From Octopus sinensis (taxonomy: Eukaryota), in contig NC_043009.1 of NCBI RefSeq assembly GCF_006345805.1, positions 60,698,001-60,762,000 of the forward strand: 64,000 bases of DNA. The letters run 5' to 3'. Positions 24,632-38,825 of the stretch are shown here, in pieces (within the stretch, counting starts at the first letter, position 1; every line of letters starts with the position of its first letter). The notes beneath the pieces were generated by a model. That model was not told the DNA's origin and did not search any database. It worked only from the letters and a program-made list of their open reading frames with translations. Made by a program: the position numbers and the translations under genes.

Positions 24632-25020
24632 ATAGGAGAAGGGAAGACAGAGGGAAAAAAATCGCCAACGGTACACACGAGGTCATATAATAAATTAAAT
24701 ATAATAAATTAAAATATAGTTTATAGTATTGAACTAGGAGAAAGTGATATTGGGGCCTGATGATTGGGGTTATATTTTAAGAATGGTTCCAGCAAAACAC
24801 GGAATGGTTTAGGAACCAGGAAATGTACCTCATGAAACATGTGTAGCCAAGTTATAAAGTAGTAGGTATTTAAAATAAAAATTCTTTTTTATATGGTGAG
24901 ATGAAGGAGCCTACTATCTCTAAATGAAAATATCGTTAAACGACGATGATGATGATGATATATGATAGATTACTAGCCACTACATATTTTTTATTTTCTT
25001 TCCTTGTTTCTTTCTGTGTT

Positions 25021-25057
25021 CCTCTCTGTGGAAGAGCGTAGGCTCGAAACGTTAAGG
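25021..25057 (+). ncRNA. Minimal hammerhead-like motif (core variant)
   Basis: cctct CTGTGGA a gagc-gtag-gctc GAAA cg TT aagg. Confidence 0.55.
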
Positions 25058-25158
25058 ACTTTTTCACTTCTCAAGCATTAAACTAATACATGTTTGTTGT
25101 CTACACCACCCGTCTTCATCCTTTGCATTTTTGTGAATTCTCCCCCATATATACATAC

Positions 25159-25212
<54 letters not shown>

Positions 25213-25270
25213 TATAATATATTATATATATATATATATATAATATATATATATACATATATATACATAC

Positions 25271-25347
<77 letters not shown>

Positions 25348-25369
25348 TATACATATATATATATATATC

Positions 25370-25500
25370 GCACAGCCCTAAAATGTCGCACCTGATCTTC
25401 TTCCTCTCCTCCATTAGGTGGTTCAGTTCTTTGGACCTGCTTTGGACCTGCAGTTGTAGGTGCATATGGCAAGTTTAGTCCTGTTCCATGACGGCCCTCG
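25370..25500 (-). pseudogene. RTE APE endonuclease N-terminal remnant
   Basis: Translates to [10 protein letters not shown] ... [20 protein letters not shown], with a frameshift. Confidence 0.6.
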
Positions 25501-27504
25501 AGAACCTGTGATTCTTAGCAGCCTCTCGTCATTCGAGTTGCACTCCGCTGTCATGGAGTGGCCCGATTGACGTGCAGGGTACTGAGGCCCTTTTCCTTTT
25601 CTCTTCGTTCTTCGTGCGGCATTGGCAATGAGATCGCTCGAATGTTTTTTCATGTACCACTGGCACAAGTGTCAGCAAGACGACGCTGGTAACGATCACG
25701 CTTGAATAGCGCCTTTTACGTGCCACTGGGACGGAAGCCAGTTAGCTGCTCTGGCAACGATCACGCTCAGATGGTGCTCTTAGCACTCCACTAGCACGTA
25801 TGCCAGTCATCGAATTTGATCTTGATTTCACTTGATTCAACAGGTCTTGGCAAGCAGAGTTTAGTGTCCAAAGAATGAAAGGTATGTGTGTGTGTGTGCG
25901 TATGTGTGTGTGTGTGTGTGTGTGTGCGTATGTGTGTGTGTGTGTGTGCGTGAGTGTGTGTATGTGTGTGTATATTCATATATGTATATATTTTATTTAT
26001 TAATTCATAATAGACTATATGGATAAAAATCACCTTAATGCTATAAAAAATTTATCAGCAATTTATATATTAAATTTATAATAATAAAAATAATAATCTA
26101 CATATGTATATTATTATTAAAATATATATATATAAATATCATCATCATCATCATTTAATATCCGCTTTCCATGCTGGTATGGGTTGGATGGTTTGATTGA
26201 GGACTGGTGAACCAGAGGCTGCACCAAGCTCAATCTGATCAGGAAAAGTTTCTACAGCTTGATGCCCTTCCTAACACCAACCACTCTGAGAGTGTAGTGG
26301 GTGCTTTTATGTGACACCGGCCCGAGGGCCAGTCAGGCGGTTCTGGCAACCATCATGCTCAACAGGTGTTTTTTTGTATGCTACCTGCACAGGAGCCAGT
26401 CCAGCGGCACTGGCAATGACCACACTCAAATGTTGTTTTACATGTGCCAGTAGGGCGACTCTGGCAACAATCACACTCAAATGATGCTTTTCACGTGCCA
26501 CTGGCACAGGAGCCAATCCATGACCCTGGCAATGATCATGCTCTGATGTGCTTCTAACGTTCCACTGGCATGAGTGCCAATCAGGCGGTACTGTCATCAG
26601 CCATGTCAGCGGTTTTGATTTTTATTTCACTTGCCTCAATAGGTCTTCGCAAGCAAAGTTCACTGTCCAATGAATGAGGGGTACTCATAAGCGTTCAAAT
26701 TCTGCCAAGGTCAACTTTGCCTTTCATCATTTCGGAATCGGTAAATTAAGTACCAGTTGCATACTGGGGTCGATCTAATCGACTGGCCCCAAAATTTCGG
26801 CTTGTGCCTAGAGTAGAAAAGAATATTGGAGCTTCCTGCACAAATGCCAAGCAATACAGCCAGGTTGCCAGCTTGCTCGATGGCAGTAACCACCAGGTCA
26901 CGATCTGACCTGGTGGTTACCGCCCGTTGATAAGAGACAATAATCTCGAAACCGGTCGTTCAATAAGAATGAACATTTAACATTCTATTATTTTATTTTA
27001 TTTTATTTTATTATATTATCTTATCTTATATTATATCATTATAAGATTGTAAATAAAGCATGAAAATCATATATATATATATACATATGCATGTATAAAT
27101 TATTGGATGACAAGGAAACAGGAATTAAGTATTCCGTTCCTCAGGCATTCAGCTATAAGTCCACTGCATTACATTGCAGAAACAACTGTAATTCATAAGA
27201 TAATAATTTATTGCTTTGTCATCTCTCTTACTACCCTTAAATGAATATAACTTAAGTTTATCTATGTTTAAGGAAAATAAGAAAATGTAGATAAAATTGA
27301 TAATTGATAAACATAGATAAACTTCAGTTATATTCAGCTGAACAGACTATAGCAAAGTGAAATAAAGTGTCTTGTCCAAGGTGATTGCACTGCAAGAATT
27401 GAACTCACGACCTTGTGATTGTGAACCAGATACCTTAAAGGTAATATGAAATAGTTCCATTTTGGAATAAGAATTATACATGAAATGTCAGAGGTTAATG
27501 GAAA

Positions 27505-27762
27505 ATGGTTTAGTTTGTATTTCGTTTTTGGATTTGGTTTGCAAGATTCTTTATATGAGTTTGTGTGTTGAAGCATATTCTATTGTGTCTGGGGAGAGTC
27601 ATATTCTTTTTGTGCCTTATAATGTAACACACTCATTGAAAAGGTTGCAAGACGCAACGAAAATTTTAGGAAAATAAAAATAAGAAAAACAGGGAAATTT
27701 TACCGGTGAGTGTGTTACATAATAAGGCACAAAAAGAAAATTACTCTCCTCAGACACAATAG
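27505..27762. mobile_element. Family E element with partial fold-back and U3-A8 hammerhead; other copies at 35343-35580 and 38341-38537
   Basis: Inverted segments ~27580-27635 and ~27705-27762. Motif TTGAAAA g gttgc-aagac-gcaac GAAA at TT tag at 27636-27669. Confidence 0.7.
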
Positions 27763-29247
27763 GAGGTTTAGTTTGTCTCTTAGAATCAAAGATAAATGGC
27801 AGATAAGCAGAATTGTTACTGCACCAGACAAAATGCTTAGCAGGAGTTCTTGTAACCCTTTACATTTGGAGTTCAAATGTCATCGAAGCAGACCTTACTC
27901 TTCTTAGTTTTGTGGGCTCAATAAAATAAAGTACCAGTAAAATACTGGGGTTGATGGTATAGACTAAACCCCTCCCACTGAAATTGTTGTAATGCCAATG
28001 GCATGCAAGATCATTTCTTGCACGTCAGTTAATATTAAACGATCATGGTTATTTATTTACCTAACAGATAATGTAAACCACTAAGTGGATAAAAGGTTGT
28101 AGATAAATACCACACAAAACTAGCTTTAATTAGGAGAGATAACAGTCAAAAACCACAATCCCTCACACACATACACACACACACACACTGGGAGTGGGAT
28201 GTCTTGTCTACCAATTCCACTACAGTTTCGGTTTCTTCTCTGTTTCTTCTAGGAACCTTTACAAAACTCAGATTTGAAATACATAATACATACACCAAGA
28301 TGGCACCTTCAATATCAGACATGTAGGTGTTGAGGGCCGTTTAAAATATATATTTTGAATATTCCCTTCTACATTTATGCTGATTCCTCCAGCCTAAATC
28401 AGAAACTGGTTTATTTCTCCCATTATAAAGAGAAACACCTTGTATTTTGCCCATGTAGCATTATTCAGACCGGATTTTATAAACATATCTTTTACCACAT
28501 GGAATTTCATGAACATGATTATGGCTGAAACCACTGACATACATACATACATACATGCATGCATGCATTCATACATACACACACACACATACATGCATAC
28601 ATACATACATACATACATGCATGCATGTATTCATACATACACGCACGCATACATACATGCATGCATTCATACATACACACACACACATACATGCATACAT
28701 ACATACATACATACATACATGCATTCATACATACACACACACATACATGCATACATACATACATACATACATACATGCATTCATACATACACACACGCAT
28801 ACATGCATGCATGCATTCATACATACACACACGCATACATGCAATGCATGCATGCATTCATACATACACACATGCATACATACATACATACATACACGCA
28901 TGCATACATACATACATATATATATACACTCTTCCTTTCATTTTTGGAATTGAATCTCCATGTATATATAAAATCATTAATAATGGTATGTAAATATTGC
29001 AGTACAGCCTTCAACTTTTGGATAGAAAAAGTCGTTGAAGGCTGCCCAAGGGACAATGGTAGGATGCGTGTCATGTCTACAACACAAGATGTAGGTTCAT
29101 GTCCCATGGGCAGCCTTCAACTTTTTCTATGAAAATAGGTTTTACAACCTAATATTGACATAGTTTTATATGTACTTCAAGATCCAATTTCAAAAAAGAA
29201 TTCTTCTGTTTATAAATACAACACACACACACACATACATATATATA

Positions 29248-30274
29248 CAAGGTGGCCCAGAAGTAACTGAACCCAATTGAATTTATTGAATATTGCTCAT
29301 TGCTAATTTTTCACCCACTCGCTAATTGTTAATTGTTCACTCACAGAGCCATGAAATGGCCTGCAAGAACCCCCAGACCTCAGTCCTCCAGACTTCTCTC
29401 TCTGGGAAGTACTCAAAAATCAGGTGTTCAACTCTAGACCAAAATCTCTCAATGATCTTATACAAAGCATCATAAATGCTTTGCAAGACATTACACGGGA
29501 ATTGTGCAAAAAAAGTAACTGTTTTCAACCTATTTCTTTACTACCCACAAGGGGCTAAACACAGGGAGGACAAACAAGGACAGACAAACGGATTAAGTTG
29601 ATTATATCGACCCCGGTGCGTAACTTGGTACTTATTTAATCAACCCCGAGAGGATGAAAGGCAAAGTCAACCTCAGCGGAATTTGAACTCAGAAGGTAAA
29701 GACAGATGAAATACCTATTTCTTTACCACCCACAACGGGCTAAACACAGAGAGGACAAACAAGGACAGACAAACGGATTAAGTCGATTATATGGATCCTA
29801 GTGCATAACTGGTACTTATTTAATCGACTCTGAAAGGATAAAAGGCAAAGTCAACCTCGGCTGAATTTGAACTCAGAATGTAGCAGCAGACGAAATACCG
29901 CTAAGAATTTTGCCCAGCATGCTAACGATTCTGCCTGCTCGCCACCTTCTGCCAGCAAAAAAATAACTGTTTTCAACCATTGAACAACGTCATAACTGTA
30001 CTGCAAATAATGGTTTACATTTCGAACATTTACTGTAACTTTACTTTCTTTTACCCTTACTCTTTTACTTGTTTCAGTCATTTGACTGTGGCCATGCTGG
30101 AGCACCGCCTTTAGTCAAGCAAATCAACTCCAGGACATATTCTTTGTAAGCCTAGTACTTATTCTATCGGTCTCTTTTGCCGAACTGCTAAGTTACAGGA
30201 ACCTAAACACACCAACATCAGTTGTCAAGCGATGTTGGGGGGACAAACACAGACACACAAACACACACACACAC

Positions 30275-30320
<46 letters not shown>

Positions 30321-30778
30321 CAAAATGGGACAAGAACGCAAAACATCCAAATAGACGATACAAAAAACACGGATGGGTCATTCAAAGCCTTTAATCTTCA
30401 GTCAAGAACCAGATCATCCTCACAATTTCAGCTGATTAACCTTGAGATTGCTCCAATCTGGCCAGCCCCAAGGAAAAACTAAGCTAATAGCATTAAATTC
30501 CTTTGAAAAAGGATCGAATGTATACGAAACATATATACGACGGGCTTCTTTCAGTTTCCGTCTACCAAATCCACTCACAAGGCTTTGGTCAGCCCAACGC
30601 TACAGTAGAAGACACTTGCCCAAGGTGCCACGCATTGGGACTGAACCCAGAACCATGTGGCTGGTAAACAAGCCACTTACCACACAGCCACTCCTGCACC
30701 TATATTTGAGTAATTTCTGTTCTATTTATTTGTAACATTTAACAATAATTAGGGACCGGTTACTTCTGGATCACCCTG
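29248..30778 (+). mobile_element. Mariner/maT-type DNA transposon (internally deleted) with nested SINEs
   Basis: TA-flanked TIRs CAAGGTGGCCCAGAAGTAAC and GTTACTTCTGGATCACCCTG. Transposase remnant WPARTP/DLSPPDFSLWEVLKNQVF...PKSLNDL at ~29356-29520. Confidence 0.85.
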
Positions 30779-31376
30779 TATATCACCCACAAACCTGGTG
30801 AACAGTGAATGCTCTTAACTTTATCTGGGTTACCTTTATTCCTTCCAGTTTATTTGTATGACTGTCGCCTTATCTGTTTGTTATTTCATTGATATTGAAA
30901 TATAAGCCTGATATTGTTTGTACTACTTACAGTTATAGCTACATCGCTTATCACAACTACATTGCTTTATCGAGCACTTAATATCGTTAAATCAATCGCA
31001 TCAATAAACAAGACATCTGAATGGTCCAGCTCATCAATTTTGTTTTGTTTTATCGAGTTTTGAATAGAAATTTCCTTCAAATAAGGAGACCAACATTATT
31101 CTATGCCTGTAGGATTCAAGGTGGTCACAACTTGTTGGGTACAACGTATTTGGGTATTTCTGTGGCATAAGATTTGGCATAAAAACCTTGTGCATGAGTT
31201 TAGAGTACAAGTCAGGGGTATTAATCGTGAGTAAAAATTTGTACTATATGGCTGGGGTGTACGTCTGGGGTACAGCTTTGAGAATAGCACAAGGGATCAC
31301 TAAATAAATTGACAGAGAGACAAGCAGAGTGACAGATTACAGAGCTGAACTGACACACAGACAGACAAGCAGTCCT

Positions 31377-31432
<56 letters not shown>

Positions 31433-31711
31433 CTATCTATCTATCTGTCTATCTATGCTTCTTTCTTCTCTTCCTTCCTTCCTTCTCTCCCTCCTTCCTT
31501 CCCTCCTTCATACCTTTCTTTCTTTTTCTCTCTTTCTTTCTCTCAGTCTCTTTCTCTATTTCTCTCTCTCTTTCTTTCTTCCTTCCTCCCTCCCCCCCCT
31601 TCCTTTCTTTTTCTTTTTTTTTTACCACATGTGAAAGAAGCAGACATTGACAGACCTAGGCATACCTTAATGGGAGAGAAAGAGAAAGTGAAAGAGAGAG
31701 AAAGAAAAAGC

Positions 31712-31752
<41 letters not shown>

Positions 31753-31924
31753 TGAGGTAAAAGGGCAACTAGACAGACAGATATCCTTGTCTGCGGGCTT
31801 AGATTTGCTTACAGTATCCTACATAGATGTATTATAGTTGTGGCAGGAAATCATTACCTAATATATATATGTATGTATATATATATATATATGTATATGC
31901 ATATATATATATGTATGTATAATA

Positions 31925-32160
31925 ATAAATATTAGGGAATAAATCCAAATTTACAGGGAAAAATCAGATTTAGGATTGAATCCAATTTTATAGTAAAATA
32001 TAATATAATATTAATTAGAGACAAAACCACTATTATGCAAATCAAATAAAGAAAGAATTAATCCAATATATAAAAAATTTTATATAAATTAAATATAATT
32101 AAGATATCCACTACGATCGTTTCTTGTCACTTTTATGGACATTCATCAGGTGGTTTCAAG
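31925..32160 (-). mobile_element. Family B single-arm copy with canonical hammerhead (32108-32153)
   Basis: Minus strand: ccac CTGATGA atgtcc...gacaa GAAA cgatcg TA gtgg. The 3' tail matches 3850-3960. Confidence 0.8.
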
Positions 32161-32192
32161 ACCTTCTATGCAATTTTGAACTAATGTATATG

Positions 32193-32239
<47 letters not shown>

Positions 32240-33685
32240 AGAGCAATAAAGATTCAAGTTAATTTAAAAGATTTACTTGAATATGGTACCTAACTTAGAT
32301 GCACAAAAAAAACTATACTGATTTAACAATACAGAATGTGGGGTGATTATAAGCGAGAAAGAAGCAACAAGAATGGATAGGTTTTTATCCATTCTTGTTG
32401 CTTCTTTCTCGCGTATATATATATATATATATATATATACATACATATAATGTATATATACACACACACATATACACACACACACTCACACACACACACA
32501 CACACACAAACTATGTGTGACGATAAAGTCTTTGTGTTGAAGTCGAGGGTCACCAATTGTAGCGGGAGATATTGATTAAGTAAACAATATTATAATGATG
32601 TCAAAGTCAGCAGTTGCAGCGATTAAAAATGTGTTATTATAATTGCATTCTGTAGGATGTGAAAGGTGAACAATGCATGAACTTTTAAGAAAGTATTTAT
32701 TTACCTGAAAAATACTTTACCTCGATGGGCAGGTTTTAACGTCTGAGAGCATGCGAAAAAAAGTTAGATGTGGTAAAATTTTGTTTTTTATTTTTGCATA
32801 GTTTGGCGTACACAAATTGTTAGTAGTTATCCACAGATAGCGATAGAATGATGTTGTAAGAGAACAGAATTAGAGCTAGAGAGAGTTGTAGGGTGTTGTC
32901 TCAAAGTTGCTGACAGCAAACTTCATTTCTCCCTCTGACCAAGGTTCTAGCAGATCAGCCAGACTTCGTTGTCACCAAAGTGACTACTTGGTTGAGTCGT
33001 CACCGACTGTAACTATCTGATTTTTGCTTGGGGTGTACTTGCTTATATAACTATCCAGAAGGATAAGATATATCATTGAGAACAATAGATTTAGTTGGTG
33101 GTCTTGTTATCTCTATTCTAGCTTTTGGTGAAGTAGAAAAGGCTAGTAAGGGTCAAGTGCTGAAGACATTATTTCGACCTAGCTAAAGGCATCTGGAAAA
33201 TGTAAAATTGCTGTCAGAGAAGAACGATTGTTCTGTTGCAGTGAAGGGAGAGGAGAGAAAAGAGAGTAATTCAGTGAAGGAGAAGTATTGAGAGTAATAG
33301 CCATGACTGAGAGGGAGTGAGAGAGAGTAATAGCAATGAGAGAGAGGAAGTGGCAAAGAGAGTGTTTTGTATCTTCTATTGTCATAATCAACTATAATAA
33401 TACTTTTGTGTATTTCTCCATCACAACATATGAGTGAGAAAGGAAGGGGTGATCCACCGATGGAAGTGGGATTGTGAAAAGTCAGCGGTGAAACAAAAAT
33501 CAAACAGTGTTTCAACTCTGTGTGAGTATGTGTGTATGTATGTAAAAGGAAAAAAAGTGAATGTTGTGTGTGTATGTGTATGTTTGTGTTAAACATATTT
33601 CTATATTTGAGTGAGTGCATATGTGTTTGAGTATGTTTATTTAGAAAGATACATAGAAAATAGAGTTACATACACATGCACATTT

Positions 33686-33719
<34 letters not shown>

Positions 33720-33789
33720 CCTTAGTCGAAAAACACCTGTTGTTATGTCCTGTTATTTATATTTGTGTAACATTTCTGGGTTTTTTTTC

Positions 33790-34020
33790 CATCCTTGTTT
33801 CGTATACATTCACTGCTTTCTTCCAAGGAACGTAATGCTCTTAACTTATTTTTCCTTGGGGCTGGCCAGATTGGAGCAATCTCGAGTATAACCAGCTGAA
33901 ATTGCAAAGATAATCCGGAACTTGACTGAGGATGAAAAAACTCTGAATGATCCATCCTTATTTTCCTTGTATCGTCTGTCTGGATATTTTGCATTCTTGT
34001 CCCACTTTTGTATTTTTATA
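33790..34020 (+). mobile_element. (TA)n-associated short element family C; relatives at 3031-3135(+) and 30315-30530(-)
   Basis: Copies share CTTGACTGA(A/G)GAT...TTCTTGTCCCA...TTGTATTT, and two share CCTTGGGGCTGGCCAGATTGGAGCAATCTC. Confidence 0.7.
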
Positions 34021-34061
34021 TATAAAATATAGTGGCGTACGTACACTTTAGTCTCTTATAG

Positions 34062-34094
<33 letters not shown>

Positions 34095-34346
34095 AAGGGA
34101 GGAAGTGGGCTGTAATAAAGTATAGAAAACCACATGCACTCAGACTGTGCTACTTATACATATAAATATATACATACGCGCGCACACACACACACATACA
34201 TACACACACAAAGTTGAAGCACTGTTTGATTTCTTTTTCACCTTTTTGTACCCCTTTTATATATAAAATACTACAATTAGCCATCACTTTTGACTGTACG
34301 GTGCCAACTAGTACAACACACACACACACACACCACCACACACACC

Positions 34347-34392
<46 letters not shown>

Positions 34393-36759
34393 TATATACA
34401 CCTTTTGTCTTTTAGTTATTTTGATCATTGGATTGCAGCCATGCATGGTCTAGAAGAACTTTAGTTAAATGAGTCACGTTTTTTAAGCCTGGTACTTATT
34501 CTATCAGTCTCTTTAGCTAAATTGCAAAGTTATTGGGATGTAAACACACCAACACCAGTTTTCAAGTGGTGTTAATGAGGAGGAACAAATACATATACAA
34601 AAGACACACAAAGACACACGCACACACATATAGATATGTGAACGACTGGCTTCTTTCAGTTTCTGTCTACCAACTCCACTTACAAAGCTTTGGCTGTCCT
34701 GAGGCTATAGTAGAAAACACTTACGCCCAAGTGTTTGAGAGGAGCAGGCCAGCTGGAGACCTGCACCAGGCCTCAATTGACCCTTGTGGCATGATTTCTA
34801 CGGCTGGATGCCCTTCCTAATGCCAGCCACTTTACAGAGTGTACTGGGTTCTCTGTACATGCCACCAGAACAGGTGGCAAGCTGGCAGAAATGTTAGCAT
34901 GCTGGGCGAAATGCATAGCCGTATTTCGTCTGCCGTTACGTTCTGAGTTCAAATTCCACTGAGGTCGACTTTGCCTTTCATCCTTTCGGGGTTGATTAAA
35001 TAAGTACCAGTTATGCACTGGGGTTGATGTAATCGACTTAATCCCTTTGTCTGTCCTTGTTTGTCCCCTCTATGTTTAGCCCCTTGTGGGCAATAAAGAA
35101 ATAAGAAATAAGAACAGGTGTATTTTCACAGGACTGGCTCTAGTGCATTTTATGTGGTACTAACACCTGTAAAGAACTGGAATGTTACAGTTCAGAAATG
35201 CTTGTACATAAACACCTCAGCAATGAGAAAATTAGCTCAATGTTATGTGTTTTTTCTTCTGGTGTCTTAGCTAGAACCCAATTCTTCTGCACTTGGGAGA
35301 TCCTAGACAGTTTATCTTACTTGGAAAAATAAATTTTATTCTGCTGTGTCTGAGGAGAGTCATTTTCTTTTTGTGCCTTAGACTCAGAACTATTGAAAAG
35401 GTTGCAAAATGCAACAAAAAATTTAAGAAAATAAAAATAAGAAAAAAAAGTGGAAACTTTACCGGTGAGTGTGTTATATTATAAGGCACAAAAGGAAAAT
35501 GACCCTCCCCAGACACAACAGAATATGCTTCAACACACGAACACATATAGAGAATCTTGCAAACCAAATCCAAAAACAAAAAAAATTTATTCTACTCTCA
35601 TAGAAGTTCATAAACAGACATTTGGTTCAGTATTTTGGGACCTGGATATAGAAGCACATTGACCAATGATTTCAGAAGGAATTTTTTTTTATTCTCCAGA
35701 GCATGTTCCATAATAGATTACATTACTCAACCATCTCCCATGCAGCCCCAGTGCATTGGTTAATTCCCTTTACAGTACAGTATTCATTTAACTCCCTTTT
35801 CATTCCGATTTCAAATTTCGCTGAGTTAGTACCTGTGACCTACATGGGTTAATACAATTGACTAAAGCTCTTCACAAGAACTGTTATTATGTTAGAAACT
35901 AATATTATAATCATTTTGTTTATTCTACAAATTTCTTCAACAGATGCTAGCAATCTGTTCATCATTTCTCATTGTTGCCATTATTGATGGGGAAAAAAAG
36001 ATCTTTCTGTAATTGTTTTACAAAGATTAACCTTAATAGTTCATTTCAAAAGAAATAGTTTATTATAAATACTCTTATTTGAAACTACACTATTGATTAA
36101 ATTTAGAGCAGCTGACTTCAGATTAAACACAATTCTCTGTTTATTCATATATTGACACATTATCATGGTTGTTGCTTTTCATATTTATATTCCATTCAGT
36201 ATTCATTGGGGTGGTCAATGGTGGTGGTGGTGGGGGGCTGGTTAGTTCAAATGGTGGTGGTGGTGGTAGTAGTAAGATGGATATGTCGGTAATGACGGCA
36301 GCGCTGTATATTTCATTTGTTGTATATGCACATGTGCTGTGTGTGGGTGTATGTGTGCATGGATATATATATATATATATATATATACATCTAATATAGA
36401 ATAACATTTTCAAAAAAAATTTTATCAATGGCCAGCATATTAAAAAATACCTGCAAAGGTTAAATTTATAAATAAGGGCAAAAGAAAAAAATTCCAATGC
36501 CAAATATGCCAAAAATAGACTTAATCGTCAATAACCATATAATTTATCACTATAAGCACGTGTCTCAAAAGCAAGCCGACAGAAATTTCTAAAAAATTTC
36601 ATTATTATCAAATTGGCCCTGATTTCTGAGTTAATTCATTTAGAATTTTCTTGTCATCAGCGATAAATACGATAAGAAAATAAATGAGACACTTACTTGT
36701 ACCCATGGAAGAAGTAAACACTAAATCATGAGCACACTTAAGTACCCCAAATATATCCA

Positions 36760-37005
36760 AAATAGAAATACTACAGCATGGTGCTGCTACGCCAATCATT
36801 GGGTATGACTCCATCATGCGGGTGACTAGGCCATAGCTCACACCACCGGATGTTTAAAGCATCTCAGCAGTGATTCCTGATGGGCTGGAGGCTTTTTCTG
36901 GCTTCATACCCTTAATTGCTTTATCTACCAGGGAGCTGCCTATTCGGATAGCTGGTCCCTCTACTGGGTCAACATTTGGCAAGCCTTCCTGCTCCCATTC
37001 ATTCT
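36760..37005 (-). pseudogene. RTE LINE remnant
   Basis: Translates to LVDKAIKGMKPEKASSPSGITAEML ... GVIPNDWRSST. Confidence 0.7.
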
Positions 37006-37057
37006 ACACATTTAGCAGTCTTTCATAACGATATATATATACACATACACATTATAT

Positions 37058-37114
<57 letters not shown>

Positions 37115-37159
37115 ATATATATATATGTATGTATATATATATATACACACACATTTTAT

Positions 37160-37685
37160 ATACCATAAATCCTCGAGTATAATCCGCATTTTTTTCTCAA
37201 AATTTAAAGGTCAAAATCCCTAGTGCGTACTATATACGAGGTTAAAAATGAAAAATATTTTCTAAGCAATGTCTGAGTCTCTATTTGCTGTCTGGCAATA
37301 TTTATTCAGACGCATTTTGTGATGTCGGACGTGAAAATACCTTAAGCTAAGCCTGAAAGCAATGAAGTCATAAAAGAATCATCCATAACTTGCAGTAAGC
37401 AACATTTATTAAAATAAAAGTATTCAGAACACAAAATAACATGTAACAAAAACAATTTGCAAACATATTTACATTCCCATATAACAGTTAAGAACATCAC
37501 TATTATTGTATTACGCATGCGTGTAAGTGTTTGTTCGACTAGGTGCTGCAAGCTTAATTATGCACGACTGAAGTTAGAAAAGGGGTGCATATTATACACA
37601 AGGTTTAGGTTTTTCAGAGGTACAGCCCCCTAAAAATCCCCTGCATATTATACTCAAGGGCAGACTATACTCAAGGAATTACAAG
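37160..37685. mobile_element. pogo/Tigger-like MITE
   Basis: TIRs TACCATAAATCCTCGAGTATA and TATACTCAAGGAATTTAC, with subterminal TATAC(T/A)C(G/A)AGG repeats. Confidence 0.65.
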
Positions 37686-38592
37686 TGCCAGTGAGGCAAC
37701 GCTGGTATATCAATAAGTAGAGTGAATAATTTACTCTTCGATTTACATACAAAAACTGTGACGAATGACTTATGTGACGAATGACTTATGACTAAACCAA
37801 GCAATACACCACCATCCCCACCACTTCCATCTCTATTCCCTGCCACCATTTCTCTTTCAATATTTGGATTCCACTGAAATGTAATTTGGTTGTCAATCAC
37901 AGATGTTACTATTGTCCTCTGGAAACTGAAACAGTAGCAAAGTTGAGGATATACGTTGCACTCCATCGGTTACAATGACGAGGGTTCCTGTTGATCTGAT
38001 CAACGGAACAGCCTGCTCGTGAAATCAATGTGCAAGTGGCTGAGTGCTCCACAGACACATGTACTCTTAACGTAGTTCTCGATGAGATTCAGCATGGCCC
38101 TTTGAAATACAGGTACAGCAGAAACAGGAAGAAAGCTTGAGGGAAAGTTGTGGTGGAAGAGTGCAGCAGGGTTCGCCACCCTGCCAGAGCCTCGTGGAGC
38201 TTTAGGTGTTTTCACTCAATAAACACTCACAACGCCCACTCTGGGAATTGAAACCACAATCCTACGACCTCAAGTCTGCTGCACTAACCACTGGGCCATT
38301 GTGTCTCAATACACACACACATTTATATATAGATATATATTTCGTTTTGGGATTAGGTTTGCAAGATTCTTTATGTGAGTTCGTGTGTTGAAGCATATTC
38401 TGTTGTGTCTGGGGAGGTCATTTTCTTTTTGTGCCTTATAATATAACACACTCACTGGTAAGATTTCCACTTATTTCTTTTTTTTATTTTCCTAAAATTT
38501 TCGTTGCGTCTTGCAACCTTTTCAATAGTCTTGACTCTGTCCCTTATTTACACTGCGTTCCCTTTTGTTTGCTTGTGCGCATGTGTGTGGGT

Positions 38593-38632
<40 letters not shown>

Positions 38633-38825
38633 CAGTGTGTTTGTGTGTGTGTGCCTATGCATTCATGCATGCATGTATGTATGTATGTATGTATGCATGT
38701 ATGCATGTGTGTGTATGTATATATGTGTGTATATGCATATGTATATATGTATGTATGTGTGTGCATCTGTACGTAGGCATTCTGCATATTCATGTGCTTG
38801 CATGTCTGTGTTTGTGTATTTTTTA

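Noticed and set aside
28440-29132. 230-aa His/Thr/Tyr/Ile-rich ORF and similar poly-I, YI, CV and HT ORFs throughout
   Set aside because: These are translations of (CATA)n, (TA)n, (CA)n and (ATT)n microsatellites.
32560-33240. Possible host exon in a unique-looking block
   Set aside because: There is no sustained ORF. It is more likely a very old LINE remnant and cannot be called confidently.
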